Assembly: GCA_027604505.1 (NCBI GenBank)
Contig: JADIIX010000049.1
Span: 1-64,000, forward strand
Direction of reading: 5' to 3'
Source: Gonapodya sp. JEL0774
Taxonomy: Eukaryota
Length of the DNA stretch: 64,000 bases
Position numbers and translations under genes: made by a program. Positions 1 through 13,164 of the stretch are shown one piece after another; position 1 is the first letter of the stretch; every line of letters starts with the position of its first letter. The notes below the pieces were generated by a model. That model had not been told where the DNA came from, did no database searches, and saw only the letters and a program-made list of their open reading frames with translations.

Positions 1-1261
1 CCCGGGGTTTTTGCCGGCGCGCTTGTGGGCCTGCTCCTGCGGGCGGGGGTGGGGGGGGGGGGGGGGCTGTGGGAGCGGGGTGATGTCGTGGTGCAATGGG
101 TTGGGGGATGGGGAAGGTGAGAGTTCACAGAGTGAGATTGCATACACCTTGCACAAAGCGGCCTTATCATGATGACCCGGTCGTGAATGTAAAGGTGCGC
201 ATAGCCGGCATGGTCTCATGACTCAATTCCACCTTCTCTGTTACTCGCAGGGTCATACGCACCTTGTCGAATTTCCCCATGGACGCTGTGGATTTCCGCG
301 AGGATGCCAGAGCAAGGTCGAGTTGTGCCTTCCGTTCGAGCTTGGCCTTTGTGCCCACCGCCTTTTCTGCAAGTGGTGTACCGATACCGACGGAGCGGGT
401 GCGCACGATGCCCTGGGCCGCTTCCTCATTCCTACGTTTCCGCTTGAGGTTCTTCTCAACGCGCTCTTTCTTCGCATCGCGTTCGGTTTGGAACATGTCC
501 TCCATGGGGTCGGCGTTGGCGGGAACTTCCTTGAGCCAGTCGTGGTCGAGCTGATGTGAGCGGGATTTGTACCCGTACGCGGGTCGGTATTCCCCGGATA
601 TGGAGTCAAACGTCTTGGCGGTTTTCTTGGCTTTGGTGATTCCCTTGGTTTGAGCAAACTTTTCCCAGCGGGTCATGGGTTTGGGTTTGGGGATGTGCTT
701 CTCGCGAGGTAAGGTGGAGGTTGGGGCAGGTAAGGTGACGACGGTGTGGTTTTCGACGGTTGATATAGGGAGCGCAAAGATATGATTTACGATGAATTGT
801 ACGCAGTCGCGGGTGTTTGATTGGAGGAGGGAGTTTGCGGAGGACTGCGAGTTTGATGACAAGGAGGAGAGTTGGGGTAAAGAGTCGAGAGGGTTCGGGT
901 CGTCGGCGAGGAGGTTTCCAAGGTCGAGAGATATAGGGATTGGGCGGATGACCTGGAGTGATTCACTGATGCGAGTTCACAGATTCGATGGTGGAGTGGG
1001 ATAACAGAAGGGCAGATGGAAGCGGACCGAGGACGCGGGGCAGACGAGCAATAGAAAGGATCAAATAGAGATAGCAGCACCGGAGCAGCGCGGGGTGAGT
1101 GCATGAGTGGGGGCAGCAGCAAAGAACGTCGAAAAGTTGAGCCAACCACTCCTTCCCCTTCCCCGCGTCGATTGCACGTACTATTTGGCTCTGTGTTGCT
1201 CGAGCGAGGCCTGCACATCGAATGGAATATCTGCAGCTGCTTCCCCCATCGACACGTCCAT
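1..1261 (-). CDS. RRS1: Ribosome biogenesis regulatory protein Rrs1 (spliced; 3' end probably runs off the window start)
   Basis: Motifs DLGNLLADDPNP, LPAPTSTLPREKHIPKPKPMTRWEKFAQTKGI and STASMGKFDK. Probable ATG at 1261 (MDVSMGEAAAD...), followed by GT-AG introns. Confidence 0.93.
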
Positions 1262-1814
1262 CGTTTGCCGATTCTTTCTGGTTGGCGGAGTTTTCTCTTT
1301 TGTGGGAGAACTTCGCCAAAAGGGAAATACGCGGAGCTGGCCACAGCGAGGTACTCTGGCTCATGGTTTGTTCATCTCGGCATACAGAAGACCGAGGGGC
1401 ATGTAAATTGTTTGAAATGCAAGATGCAGTGTCCATCGTAACAATCTGTTATTAATACGTTGTCTGATCTCGCCTCGGGGCCGTGGTGGGAGCACATGAA
1501 CCCCCTGTTGAAGCAAAGATCATCAGACGGTCACGTCTCCATGACGGGCGAATGAGCAGGTCATTAAAAATTAGCAATGATTCATTCTCAATCGTTGTGC
1601 CAAGCTGAAGGGGGCTTTGGTTTTGTGGTTTGTGAGCGGCCGGAACGCCTAGTGCACCATAGAGTCGTTCCAATCCATTGTTGGCAAGTGTTGGTGCACT
1701 GCTATTGATTCACTGTGCCGCTCATCTGGCTTTACATAATCTCGAAGCACTGGCTTGATTATGTATGTTCGTTGACCTTGTCACTCATGACTCGTGTTCG
1801 GGTGGCCTGGCGCC

Positions 1815-2611
1815 ATGAACTGTACCATTAGGATCGCAGCCAGCCGGCTGGTCAGTACATACTCTGAAAGAGTGAGAGTATTGCTCCTCCCGCAATATGT
1901 AGAGCAAGGCTCCAAGTCTCTCGGTCCTGTGGTTCTCGGAGTCCATCTTGCGGATCAAGCTGGCCACCGTATTGCATACACATAAACGCATAATTCGAAT
2001 AGATTCTCCATGCAACTAATCACCGCGACGGGTTTTGGCTGGCTGTTCCATGACCAAAGCATAGAGCATTGGCAGGACCCCACACACTCTCGCACTGCAA
2101 ATCCGCACTCACGGAGGAACGCGTGATGCCGACGCACGAGAAAGTGATCATGCAGATGCTGTCGACGCGGGGGCCGCTCTCAACAAGGGAAATTCTCAAT
2201 CTATAGTCAGTCAGCTGTCCTCACCTACTGAATGCCCAGACTCCTCTTAACCCCCCTTGACCCCCTTTGACCCCCCGGCCATGCTGTTAACCCCCCCGTC
2301 ATAGCCCCGAAGCCGGGAACGTAACCCAGCTCAAGAAAATACTCAACCCCCTCTGGGTGCGTCCGCTCTGCCCGCTCTGCCTATTGCTCTCTCCTGCTCA
2401 TCCCCCGTCTCTCTCTCCATCAACTCTCCCCCCTTCACAGGATCGCAGAATCATCACAAAAACCATCTTAAGAACTCCTCAATCTTCCTCAAACTCCTCA
2501 ACCGGCCGTCCGAGCAACAACAAATCCTCCCCCTCTTCCCTCACTGGCCGCTTCAGATGGATCATCAACACGTCCGGGCCCAGGAGAGGTGACGGTTCCC
2601 GCAGCTCGTAG
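1815..2611 (+). CDS. Hypothetical spliced protein, possibly winged-helix-like; start uncertain
   Basis: Joining the GT-AG introns at ~2206-2304 and ~2357-2439 gives ...HEKVIMQMLSTRGPLSTREILNLYPEAGNVTQLKKILNPLWDRRIITKTIL...RFRWIIN...*. The upstream ATG at 1815 (MNCTIRIAASRL) is tentative. Confidence 0.4.
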
Positions 2612-3353
2612 GACGCTGGCGACGAGGGCGGGAGGAGGAGTAGGACGAAGGTGGAGGACGAAGGTGGAAGGAGGAGTAGGACGAGGGTGCAACGAGTCCG
2701 AGACTGGAGGATGGACGTTCGGATGGATTATTGAATGTTGTGCTTGAGACGCCGTCGATACCGTCGGAATGTTTTTGATTTCGGTAACGGAGCAAGCACA
2801 TGCACCGGTGACGTGGTGCTCGACCGCCACCACGACCGACCACACGCCCACACAGATGGTTCGATTGCCAAGGAGCGTTGTGGTGTGTGTCGTACCGGTG
2901 AACCGGAGCAGCCGTGGTGGACCCGTCTATGGAGCGTAACCACCGCCACGCTCACCAATGACCAACACAACCTCACATTCATATTCCGCTCTCACCATCC
3001 GACATTCGACATCCGATATCCCCTGAGGCTTCTCATATCCTTCTTCATCTCACCACCTGACCGCCGCACCCCCCGTGTCCTACGCACCTCTTTCTTCTTC
3101 CACCACTACCGCTTGCACTCTACCGTCGCTCTCCCCACATGTACATACCATCTCAAAACGTGCATGATAATATACCACAGACAAATGAAAAACAGACTGT
3201 CCCAACTCGTGCGCACGCAGTGCCCCCTATTTTTGATTTCACCACGTTGTGCGAAGAATCATTGATTGTGATGCGGAATCACTCGTAGGTCTGCTTCGCT
3301 GTCCGTCCTCCTTCAAAGCAACCATTAAGAACAAGTCACTGCAGGGATATGCA

Positions 3354-3716
3354 TCAACAATCCCGCCCACGAGGTCCGACGTTCCCCTCCCACACCGAAC
3401 CACCGTATGCCTCCGCCACCGCCCGTCCCCCCTCTTGGTCCACCACCTCCTCTCGTGACCTTTCTGTCAATGCCCGCTGCGAACCTTCGCCCCCGCTCCA
3501 CTCCTTCTTGCCCATCCGACTCTCGTACCCGTGCGCAATGGTCCACCACACGCCCACCGCGGTGCACGGTTTACGGTGAACAGTGCACGAGGTGTGATAA
3601 ACGGACAAAAATATAGTTTGTGAGTCCACGTGCGTGGTTCGAGCGTTAGACGAAGGTGTGTGGTGTGGACAAACTCACCACAGCGATCGCGATGACGGGT
3701 CCAGGAGATCCAGGAC
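3354..3716 (-). pseudogene. 3' remnant of a duplicated MFS transporter gene
   Basis: GVWWTIAHGYESRMGKKEW matches GVWWTMAHGYESRMTKKEW of the intact gene. Bases 3671-3716 match its penultimate exon end (GSPGPVIAIAV|gtgag vs GSPGPIIATAV|gtgag). The 5' part is missing. Confidence 0.85.
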
Positions 3717-4360
3717 TTCCGATATGGACGATGGCTCGCCCCCTACTATGAGATTGTTCTTGAAATTGTTCGAGAGTTACTCAAGGCGAATGGCTCTGCA
3801 AACGAGCGCGAAGTTCAGACCTTGTTTACGGCAATGTGCAAAGTTGCGTCCTTCTGTCCGACAGGCGCAGTAGTCGCTGCTGTTCAAAGCCTATTAGTGT
3901 ACACGGTGGCCAATTTCATCTTTGCCGTGTCTTTTTGGCACTCTGGTGATCATTACAGTAACATGGAATACGCGGGCAACACTGCCATTGTTCAACGGCC
4001 AAGACGACCTGGTCCACACGAAGCTTCTCTGAGTGCAAAAGATTTTGCCGATGGTGTCCAAAGCACAGGTGACTGGTGCAAACAGTTTCAACTCATTGGT
4101 GTCTCTGGCGTAAGTCTCAATACAATTGAGTGATTCCCAGTCACGTATGAAACCTCTCAACCTTCCCTGCTTTCCAGAATTATATACCAAATCCCATACA
4201 AAACCTGACCATGATGAAGATGAAGCATAGATTCCATCATGCCATGAAGGACTACGAATCGACATTGAAGGACAAACTGCAAAACAACGAAAAGCGTCTC
4301 ATTGCAGCCGGCAACAACATCAAGCCGCTTTCCAAAGTCGTCCGCTGTATTTCATTTTAA
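3714..4360 (+). pseudogene. 3' remnant of a duplicated lipoxygenase-like gene
   Basis: DFRYGRWLAPYYEIV...ANFIFAVSFWHSGDHY...PLSKVVRCISF* aligns with the C-terminal part of the gene at 6944-8778 and has the same last intron. No start codon or N-terminal two-thirds. Confidence 0.88.
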
Positions 4361-4542
4361 CTTTTACAGGAAGTGTGCAGGGAGGAGAAAAAAATGTAAT
4401 CTAAGAGAAAAACAGATGAAATGTGCCCAGGGTATGCTGACGAGCGTTTTGCGGCTGATTTTTGCCCCAAGTAATCATTATAATGATTAATTACTAAGAA
4501 GCCTCAAATCCAATACGAGATCTTAGTCTCCGATGCGGAGTG

Positions 4543-6602
4543 TCACACCTCTGACGTTTTCTGAACGGCGTCCCGTTCCTCTCTTTCTATCTGCACTATT
4601 TCACGCTCTGGATCCGGATCCCCCTTCCACTCCTTCTTAGTCATCCGACTCTCGTAACCATGCGCCATAGTCCACCAAACACCTAGGCCGGCGACAATAA
4701 AAAGTGGCACCCACAGGGAGTACTGAATACCCATACCCCACCTCTGAACCTAAAAGCATGCATGCAAATTGCGGGTCGATCAATATGGGTTGAGTCTTCG
4801 TCATTGTCCAGTGAGTAGACATTGTGGGGTAACCACTCACTACAGCAGTTGCAATGATGGGACCTGGAGAACCAAGGACGTATCGTGTGAGATCAAAGAC
4901 GGCGTACATGGCGGCGGGATGTTCTGAATTCGAAAGAGAAGTCACTCTCCTGAAAGCCTCCAGCAAGCGTATACAATTTACTGAATCCCCGCACCTGGAT
5001 AAATATCCACGATATACGTTGCAAATGGAGAGCTCATAGCAAGTCCAAATCCTGCGCATGAGAAGCCAAGAACAATGGGGATGGCAAAATGCCAAGCGAA
5101 TTGATATCCCCACCCAATTAGTAAAAATCCAACTGAGCAAAAGGAGGCAGCATATAAGCCGGCCACTAGTCGCCATTCCGGTCGAGCTTTGCCAAGCTGT
5201 GCCTTGGATCGCGTTATGGCCTTGTCTGAAACAACACCGGCAACCACCGCCCCGACAATATTCCAAAATGCCAGCACCAAAACAAAGAATCCAGCTGTCT
5301 GTAGGTCGAACCCGTAAACGTCCACCATGTTCTTGATAGCTTCGTTAGACCAGGCAGCAGTACCCAGGTACTGCATCACACCCGCAAAACAGATGCTTGC
5401 AACAAAAGGGTAGCGCAAGGTGCCCTTGATTGAAGTAGAGTTGATCAGAAGGGTCGCTTGTGGATCTCTTAGATTGGAAATATTCGATCGCAAAACCTAC
5501 GAAACACTTCAAGACCGTAATAGTCTCCTTCACAAACAAAGACCACCCTGAAAGGCCCGCTAAATTACTCTCCTGACGTTCAAATTTCATTGACTCTTCG
5601 CTTGCGTGGGCTGTGTTCAGCGTCTCCGGGACGAGAAAGTAAAAGAGACCAAACAGGACCTGCATTTGAGTGCATAAGTAACGAAACTCTGTGGGTTATA
5701 CTCAACCTCAGGGCTTCTTGGACCGTCCTCACCCCTGACAATGCCGCCATGAGCCAGAATATACTCCTCCACCCCAAGTGGTACGTCATGGTTCCTCCCA
5801 AAAGGGGACCCTACGAAACATTCCAACGGTTCGTCGGAGTCAGAAAAACGCGAACCCAGCCAAAAACACGCAGGAACAGTCTAGTTACAGAGATACCCCC
5901 GACTGTCAGGCCAATCTGCGTAGCTGAGAATGCTCTGCCGCGCTCCTGCATCGGATATATGTCGTGGATGGTCCCTGCAGCTACCGAAAGGGCGGCGCAT
6001 GAACCGGCACCTTGCATGAGCCGCAGCGCAATGAGCATTTGAACGTTAGAGGTGAAGATGAGGACACTCGAGAATTACAGGCCCGTGAGATCACCAAGAA
6101 TACGCGGACGTAGAAATAATTTAGAACGCACATGGAGGCGATTAGACAAATGACGCTTGTCATGAGGTAGACGGGTCTCCGACCATACGCATCAGATGCA
6201 CTTGCCCAGATGACTGGCTGCATTGAAAGGCAAGATAATGAAAAAAAAATTATGTGGAGGGATTGGAATCAAATGGGCTCAATTCTACAGACCGCAACCC
6301 CATTCGCAATGAGATAAACCGTTATTGTGAGCCCCATGAGATAGTCCGTTGTTTGGAGGTCTTTTTGAATAGCGGGTATGGCAGGAATGTAAATAAACGT
6401 TTCCAGCATGGGGACGAGGGACGCATAGACGAGAACGCCTGTTATGACTGAGCACGAAAAGTAAAGGGCATAATAGATGAAGGTTATGAGAATTGTCTAA
6501 AATTAAGAGAGAAAGGGGAAGTAGTGATAACCACGAACCATATTTCTGACGCATCGAAAATGGTCCATGCGCATCTGACAATGGATTTTCATCAGCTCCC
6601 AT
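4543..6602 (-). CDS. Major facilitator superfamily transporter, DHA1-like (multi-exon)
   Basis: Motifs SDAYGRRPVYL, LRLMQGAGSCA, DIYPMQERGRAF, GWRSIFW, PETL and RPEWRL, with multiple TM segments. Start (MGADENPLS...) approximate. Confidence 0.9.
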
Positions 6603-6943
6603 AAGGGTAGCTTGACAGCAACAATGGTGGTCGTCGTCAAAGTGGATCACTTTGGCCGACAGTCGACAATCGCAACTGAAAAAGCCGGTTTCTGTTTAGC
6701 GGTTCGAGTCGGAGCCAGAGTGTTGCTGCAATGATCGCCGTTGGCGATTCTCAACTGTATTTGGGTAGCAAGCAGTTCGCGTTCAGGCTGAAGGCTCGTT
6801 GGTATATTCTTTGTCTTTACTTTTGGATATGCATATACCTCAACAGAATATATTGGAGCGGGATAATTATGTAATATATAAGTGGAGATAAGAATCACAC
6901 GCGTTTTATCTTCGGAGAGAAGGGAACTCCAATTGTATTCGCC

Positions 6944-8778
6944 ATGTCCCTATTAGTTGCACCTAGCTGGACGTATGACTGGAAATATAAATGGAATCTG
7001 GAGAATGTAAGTGGGTTTAGAACCTCCCTTCCCACCGACAACCGCATAACTTCCACAAACCGCAACGGGACTCAAACGCGACGTTTTCGAAATTTGAAAT
7101 CTCTCACCTCGTGAACTAGCCGATTCTCCAAGTGCTCATTGTCTTTCTTCAAGTACTACACCTTCCGGTTCTCCTTGTGCGCTTTCTTTTCGGGTTATTC
7201 GAGTCTCCAAATGTCTGGCCAACATTGAAACCGGGCTTAGCATTCGCTTCCACCAAGCCGCTACCAGTCAGCATTGCCTGCGACCTTATTTTCTGGAGAT
7301 ATCCAGGGTATTTTGCATCTTCGTTGTTCCACACCTTCGTGTTCCTGTGGAAATCAGCGTGGGATCCCAAATCAGTTAGGCGTTTACGCTACTTGAACGA
7401 CGTGGAGTTTTGCAGACTACTAGAAGAGAGCTTTTATAGCCTGATGATGCGCAAAGTGGATCCCGAAGAAGGGGTTAGCACCCGATTTACCGCACCAAGC
7501 AGCGGTAAAGCAGAGTTTTATCATCTGGGATCGTGGCCCGAGTTACAAATGATCGAAGACCTTCCATACCGTGGAACATACACCTATAACTTCCTCGCGC
7601 AGTTTGTTATGCGTGTGGATGAAGATATGGATCAGGGATACGCCAAGACTGGTCCGCGACTGTCTATTGATTGGATAGAGCTCGGGGGAAAGCGCTTCAC
7701 ACCGGCCGATGGTGCTTCGTGGGAAGAGGCGAAGGTTTTTGTGCTGCACGGAAGTTTCACATACGCGACGTGGTTTTCCCACTCGCGCATTCATTTCCCA
7801 CTGGATGCGTTCAACGCACTCGCACGAAGTACTATACCCAGAGATGGAGTAATCGGCCAGCTGCTGAGACCGCATCTAACACTGCACGTGGAACTAGATG
7901 ATGCAGTGTTGTATGGTGTCCTGAGCCCTCTTGCGAGTGAGAAGGTGAGTTGCGGCAATTACCTCGTTCATTGTGAGTTTGCAAAGGGACCTCAAAAACA
8001 CGCAACACAGGCATGGCTTCCATATAACAGCTTAGCACTGTCTCGGCCGGATCACTTCAAAATTCTTAACGAAACGGGCTGTCCCACACCGGTTACCTTT
8101 CGGGGGCCTCTCACATTCGACGAAAATTTTCGATATGGGCGATGGCTTGCGTCGTACTATCAAATAGTTCTCAAAATGGTCCGGCAGGCGATCAATGGGA
8201 GTGTTTCCAATAACGAGACCGAAATCAGAAACTTCTTCATGGCAATGAACAAAGTGGCACCATTCTTCCCTACTGGAACAGAATTCGCTTCCGATCCTAA
8301 TATTTTGGTCTACTCAGTGGCCAATTTCATTTTCGCGGTGTCGTTTTGGCACTCTGGTGACCACTACAGCACCTTGGACTACGCTGGGAACACTGCAATT
8401 GTTCACAGACCCAGGCGCCCAGGTCCACACGAAGCTTCGCTGAGTGCCAAAGAGTTTGCCAGTGGAGTGCAAAGTGTAGGTGACTGGTTCAAGCAGTTTC
8501 AACTAATGGGCGTCTATGGCGTAAGTCTCCGTTGCAATTGTTGCTGCCAAATTTGAGCACTGTACATCGTCACCTGAACCTTCCCTGTCCACCAGAGCTA
8601 CATCCCAAATCCCTTACAGAATTTAACGATGATGAAGGCGAAGTACCATCTTGATGATGTGATCGAGAACCATGACTCGTCATTCAAGGACGCGCTGCTC
8701 GAAAACGAACAACGTCTCATTGCGGCAGGCGACAATATAATGCCTCTGTCGAAAGTGGTCACGTGCATTGCCTTTTAA
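6944..8778 (+). CDS. Atypical lipoxygenase-family protein (3 exons, ~548 aa)
   Basis: Exons ~6944-7006, 7120-8520 and 8596-8778. LOX-like motifs WEEAKVFV, HSRIHF...QLLRPH, HSGDH and a hydrophobic C-terminus (VVTCIAF). Confidence 0.72.
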
Positions 8779-8904
8779 TCATGACCAGGAGGATCGGACT
8801 AGAACAGACGAAGCTTCCTTTTTGTAGCACTTTCTACTGGGGTCGTTACATATTACAATTTTTTTTGCGGATTTCAATTTTTTTCTTCCGAAAAATGCAA
8901 GTCT

Positions 8905-10947
8905 CTAGTCTTCGTACTCGCCACCAGAGCTTTCATCCGACGTGACTGCGGTTTCTGCCCCAGCAGAGGAAGTTCTGCCTTCTACGACACTCTTGTTCTT
9001 TTCTCCCTTTGCATCCCACTGATCCCCAATGTCATTATTGTCATTGGTGTTAACAATTACCTCCACTTCCTCATCTTCTGATTCAGCATCATCCTTGACG
9101 ACCCACGTTACACTCAACGGCTTGATACAGCGCCATTCAGCTGCCGCACCTGTTGGAGATAATAAACGATCAAGGGGGAGTGACCACAGATCATCGAAGC
9201 AGAGCAATGTTGATGGGGTAGGTTCGTGGAGGCCAGAGAAACTAAGAATTTCAGGGACAGGGCAGTCATGAACAAGGTTGAACACGGGCACATACTAGGA
9301 GCTTACATGTACAAATTGTTCTTCTGAACACTGCATAGAGCCCACAAAAATTCTGTCACATCAAAATGTGAGTCGATAGAGGTGATGAAATACCACGCAC
9401 CATGCAGCTGCACCGTATCTGCCGACTGGCGAGCCCTTCTGACTTTCAATCCTCCCAGGGTACCAAACTCCCGTATCCCCCACAACCACACATGTCCAAC
9501 AGTCAGAGGTACACTCGCCACGCAGATCCTCGTCCTCATCCCCATCTTCAGACTCTGGTGCATCAAATACCCCACCGAATAAAACCAAACGACCTCGTGC
9601 CGATACAAGTGAAGGAGAAGAGCGAGGGTATATGTGAGGCGGTTTCGCGCCAGCAGAGAGAGAGATAGACGCCGAAGTGCTCTGGCGAAGCTTTGACCAC
9701 TTAAAATCCAGTTCTGGGTGAGGCAGTGCAGAGGTATTCTTAACATCTGGCGTCGTTGAGGTTTCGGAAGGGGTTCGGCTGGAAACAGTCAAAAGCCACA
9801 TGTCGTTGTGAACACGGCCTATGAGCTTGTTACGCGGTTTATCTCGCGGTGTCCGGCCAGGAACCTTCACCACTTCTTTGGTGTAGCCTCCAAACAGCAC
9901 AAATTTCGCTTCCACAAACTGGCCCTTCTCCACTGTCTCGGATAACAATATGAACTGCACCCCTGATCGCGCGGAAGGCTTGTTGTACTGAAACGGTACT
10001 TCGACTTGCCGCCATGCATTGGAAGGAACATAGAAACACCAGAGATCGTCCAGATACGTGGAGGTGCGGCCATCATCATTAAAGCCACCGAACATGAGGA
10101 TGTGATGGTGAAAGTATACCTTTGCACACAAATTTTCAGATGTCTTGTACTGTCCGCTTCACAAGCATCGAATCCTCGCATCTCACCATCCGGTGACCAC
10201 TTCTTGGCGAAGGAGCTTTCACGCCATTCATCTTACTCCACTGCCACGTGCGAGCATCCAACGTCCAAAAATCCTTGTGATGGAAGAATTTGGAGCCCGA
10301 CTTTGAAGAGAATTCGCCGCCGAAGAGGAACAGCTTGCCAGACGGTGTTGCAACCAGTTGATGTGAGGAGCGAGGGGTTGGTGGCGAGGGGGGGCTTAAA
10401 AGTCGCCATTCACCTGACAAGGAGACGAATATGCTTCAGCATTCTTTTGATTGACGATTTCCAGTCCAGGGGGGTGCCAGGGAGGGCAGATGACTCGGCA
10501 GTGCAAGATCCCAACCTTTCACGACATTGAAAACGAGCAGGTCGTTATACATTAGGGTGGTGCTCTTGCCATCAAAAAACTCTCCAGCGAAGAGGATGAC
10601 TTCATCTCCATTAAGAGGATTAGCAACGAACTGAGAGGAAGATCTTGGGGATGGAGCAGCACAAGAGACTGCGTCCACTGTCCCAGAACTGGATATACTC
10701 TGGCAACGGAATTACGTGCAATGCGGGTTGTGCGAAAAGTTTTAGTCGTGCTTCGTACCTGTGCCTCTAATCCCCTAACAATCGCTTCCAAATCCTGTCC
10801 ATCATCACTCCACTCGTCCGAATCGTCACCCGTAACCTTTTTCCGAGCCTTGCGCTCTTCTTTGCGGGCTGCTTTCTCTGATACTTTCGTGGCATCACGC
10901 GCCTTGGCAGATGGATCCTTCTTTCGTCTTTTATCACGCTTTCCCAT
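8905..10947 (-). CDS. KEL3: Kelch domain-containing protein 4 / Kel3 homolog
   Basis: Basic N-terminus MGKRDKRRKK..., then PSPRSS...ILFAGEFFDG..LMYNDL, LFLFGGEFSS..FFHHKDFW and PSPRSGHRM kelch repeats, with an acidic tail. Confidence 0.9.
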
Positions 10948-10968
10948 TATTCTGTGATGCTGGAGGAG

Positions 10969-10978
10969 CTGTGGTCAC
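10969..10978. promoter_or_regulatory. CTGTGGTCAC motif in the KEL3 / WS-DGAT divergent promoter
   Basis: The identical 10-mer recurs in two other short divergent intergenic regions (14468 and 19179). Confidence 0.6.
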
Positions 10979-11054
10979 CCCGATCAATGACAGGGAATGC
11001 AAATATATTGAATTACTTCACACCTTCCAAATTCATTTCCAACGAAGATCTCCC

Positions 11055-12973
11055 ATGTCAGACGCACAAAACGGGATCCTTCTCACCAGCTCTGGATCCT
11101 CGCTCCCGAGAACAGGCCAAACTCGAAGGATGAGTGCTGCATCCCTACAGTTTGTGGAATCGGCATACCCACCATCCATGCCAGTAAGTGTTGGGATATT
11201 GGTGACCTCCCAATGCTCCTTTACCCGTTCGTGGCTGAAGCCACCTCGTTTCCTTGCATTGCATTGCACAGCATCCGGTATCGTTTCTGTGCTTTTGGTT
11301 CGATGCCACTCCACCAACCGTGAAAGCAGTTCAAAGCACTATGAAGAAGTGGACAGAAAAACAGTTTAGGGCACGTGCGGTGCTTGAGAGGTCGGAATCT
11401 GGCGAATACTATTGGGTCGAAGTCGCCATCGATATCACAAAGTGAGGATGACTACAGTTTTTATTGAATGCGTTCGGCAAATAAAGTGACATGAATGCTT
11501 TACTGCAGACACGTTCACGTTGTGGAGGTTTCCTCTGAAAAGGAGCTTTGGAACTACATCCACAGCATCTTGTACCGGCCATTCCCTAGCGACCGTCCAC
11601 TCTGGGCCTCGGATTTCATCGTAAACAAAGGAGTTGGACGCTCCCTTGTTATTAATAGCGCTCATCACGGGCTTGCAGACGGACCGAGTACAGTGGTGTC
11701 ACTGCTAGATGTCCTCACAGCACCAGATGGAACCCGGCTTTCTCTACCTGGAATGGACCAAAAACGTGCCTCGAAAATACCAGAACAGAGTGTATTGTCG
11801 TCCATCGGAACGGCGATATGGTCTGTTTGGAATTTCGCTCAAGGCTTTGTGAACTCAACGGCTTTGCTGTTTACGCAGGACAGCAGGACTGTGCTCAAAA
11901 CTGCGGTGCGTTTTGTCAAAGCAAGTTCAACCATCAACCGTTTTTGAGCTGTCAAGATCGTTTGTTTACTTACTTAGACGTGGCCATATGAAACTTACAA
12001 GCCCGACTTTCAAATCACCGAGCTGTCGCCGGTATCAGTCGAATACGTCAAAGCGATACGATCGTCTTTGCTCAAAAGGAATGGAGTCTCTGCTTCAATT
12101 CATGATGTCGTCTACTCGGTGATTGTGGGTGATTATGGCGTATTGCGGCGAAGCAGAACGGTCCACAGTCCATTCCTTCTTTCCCCAGTCTCGCGCCATT
12201 ATAAAGTACATCTCCAAGCATCCGATTCCCGGTGAAAGTCCATCTCAGCTACGTGTGCTGAGCCTGGCGGCACTTCCGAAAGGTGGTCGTGCGGAGGACG
12301 ATTTCATCGGCAACGCGTGGGGAATTGTTTCGCTGACAGTGGCCACCGGAGTGTCCGCTGTTGAAACACTGATCGATGCTGCGCAGCTCAACGCTGGCGC
12401 CAAGTACAGATGCACGTGTTTCATTGATGTCCAGCAGCCCCTCACGTTCACCCTCCTCACGTTTTTTTTTTGATCAGATGATGCTTATCATTCTCGGCGA
12501 AGTATTGAGACAGGGGCGCAACTCTTCGGATATCGAGGAGCCTCCGCCCTCTCGGCAAAAACCGTAACAGGACATACCTGCCTGTTTACCAATGGTGAGC
12601 ACTCTGCAGCAAGCTTTTCGTGGACAAAATTGACTCTGCGTACATCTGGCTTTCTCTTTTGTGCTTTCGTGCCAGTACCGCTCTTCACGGGCCCCGTGGA
12701 ATTCGGAGGATGCACAGTGTCTGGAATGGGGGCAGTCATTACACCTGTCATGACATCAGGTGAGTATAAGAGAACTAAAGAAAGGGGTGCTCAAGTGGAA
12801 CCCGCTTATATCTACTTACACTTCTCGAAGTTGTGGCTACATCGTACAACGGTCGGCTGGGAATCAATCTTCATCTCCCGAAGAGTGTTTCGGGTGAGGA
12901 ATTTGCTGATGTGGTGCTCAAGGACTTCGAGCAACTCGGTAGAGAACTTCAAGTCGACGTGCCGATCATTTAA
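11055..12973 (+). CDS. Wax ester synthase / diacylglycerol acyltransferase-like O-acyltransferase
   Basis: RPFPSDRPLW followed by the catalytic HHGLADG (HHxxxDG) motif. FIGNAWG and a C-terminal SYNGRLGI segment are typical of WS/DGAT. Multi-exon. Confidence 0.85.
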
Positions 12974-13164
12974 GGTTAAAAACGTGACTTTTAAGATTTA
13001 GTACTTTCATTCATGTGGGAGAGAATCTGGATAGTGATGATTGGCACACGTTGATTGTGGAAATAAGATTGAGGAAGACGCGGTTGTTGGGAGACAGGAA
13101 GGACGATATCGATATCTAATGTAATGTAATGTACTATTTACAACCCCGTAACAGAAAATATTGT

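Noticed and set aside
2247..2300. ttaacccccc / ttgaccccc repeats resembling telomeric or G-quadruplex sequence
   Set aside because: Irregular, and better explained as the C-rich 3' end of an intron ending at ...gtcatag.
2630..2690. Purine-rich short direct repeats (ggaggagtaggacga / ggacgaaggtgga)
   Set aside because: Low-complexity slippage in a probable 3' UTR, with no element structure.
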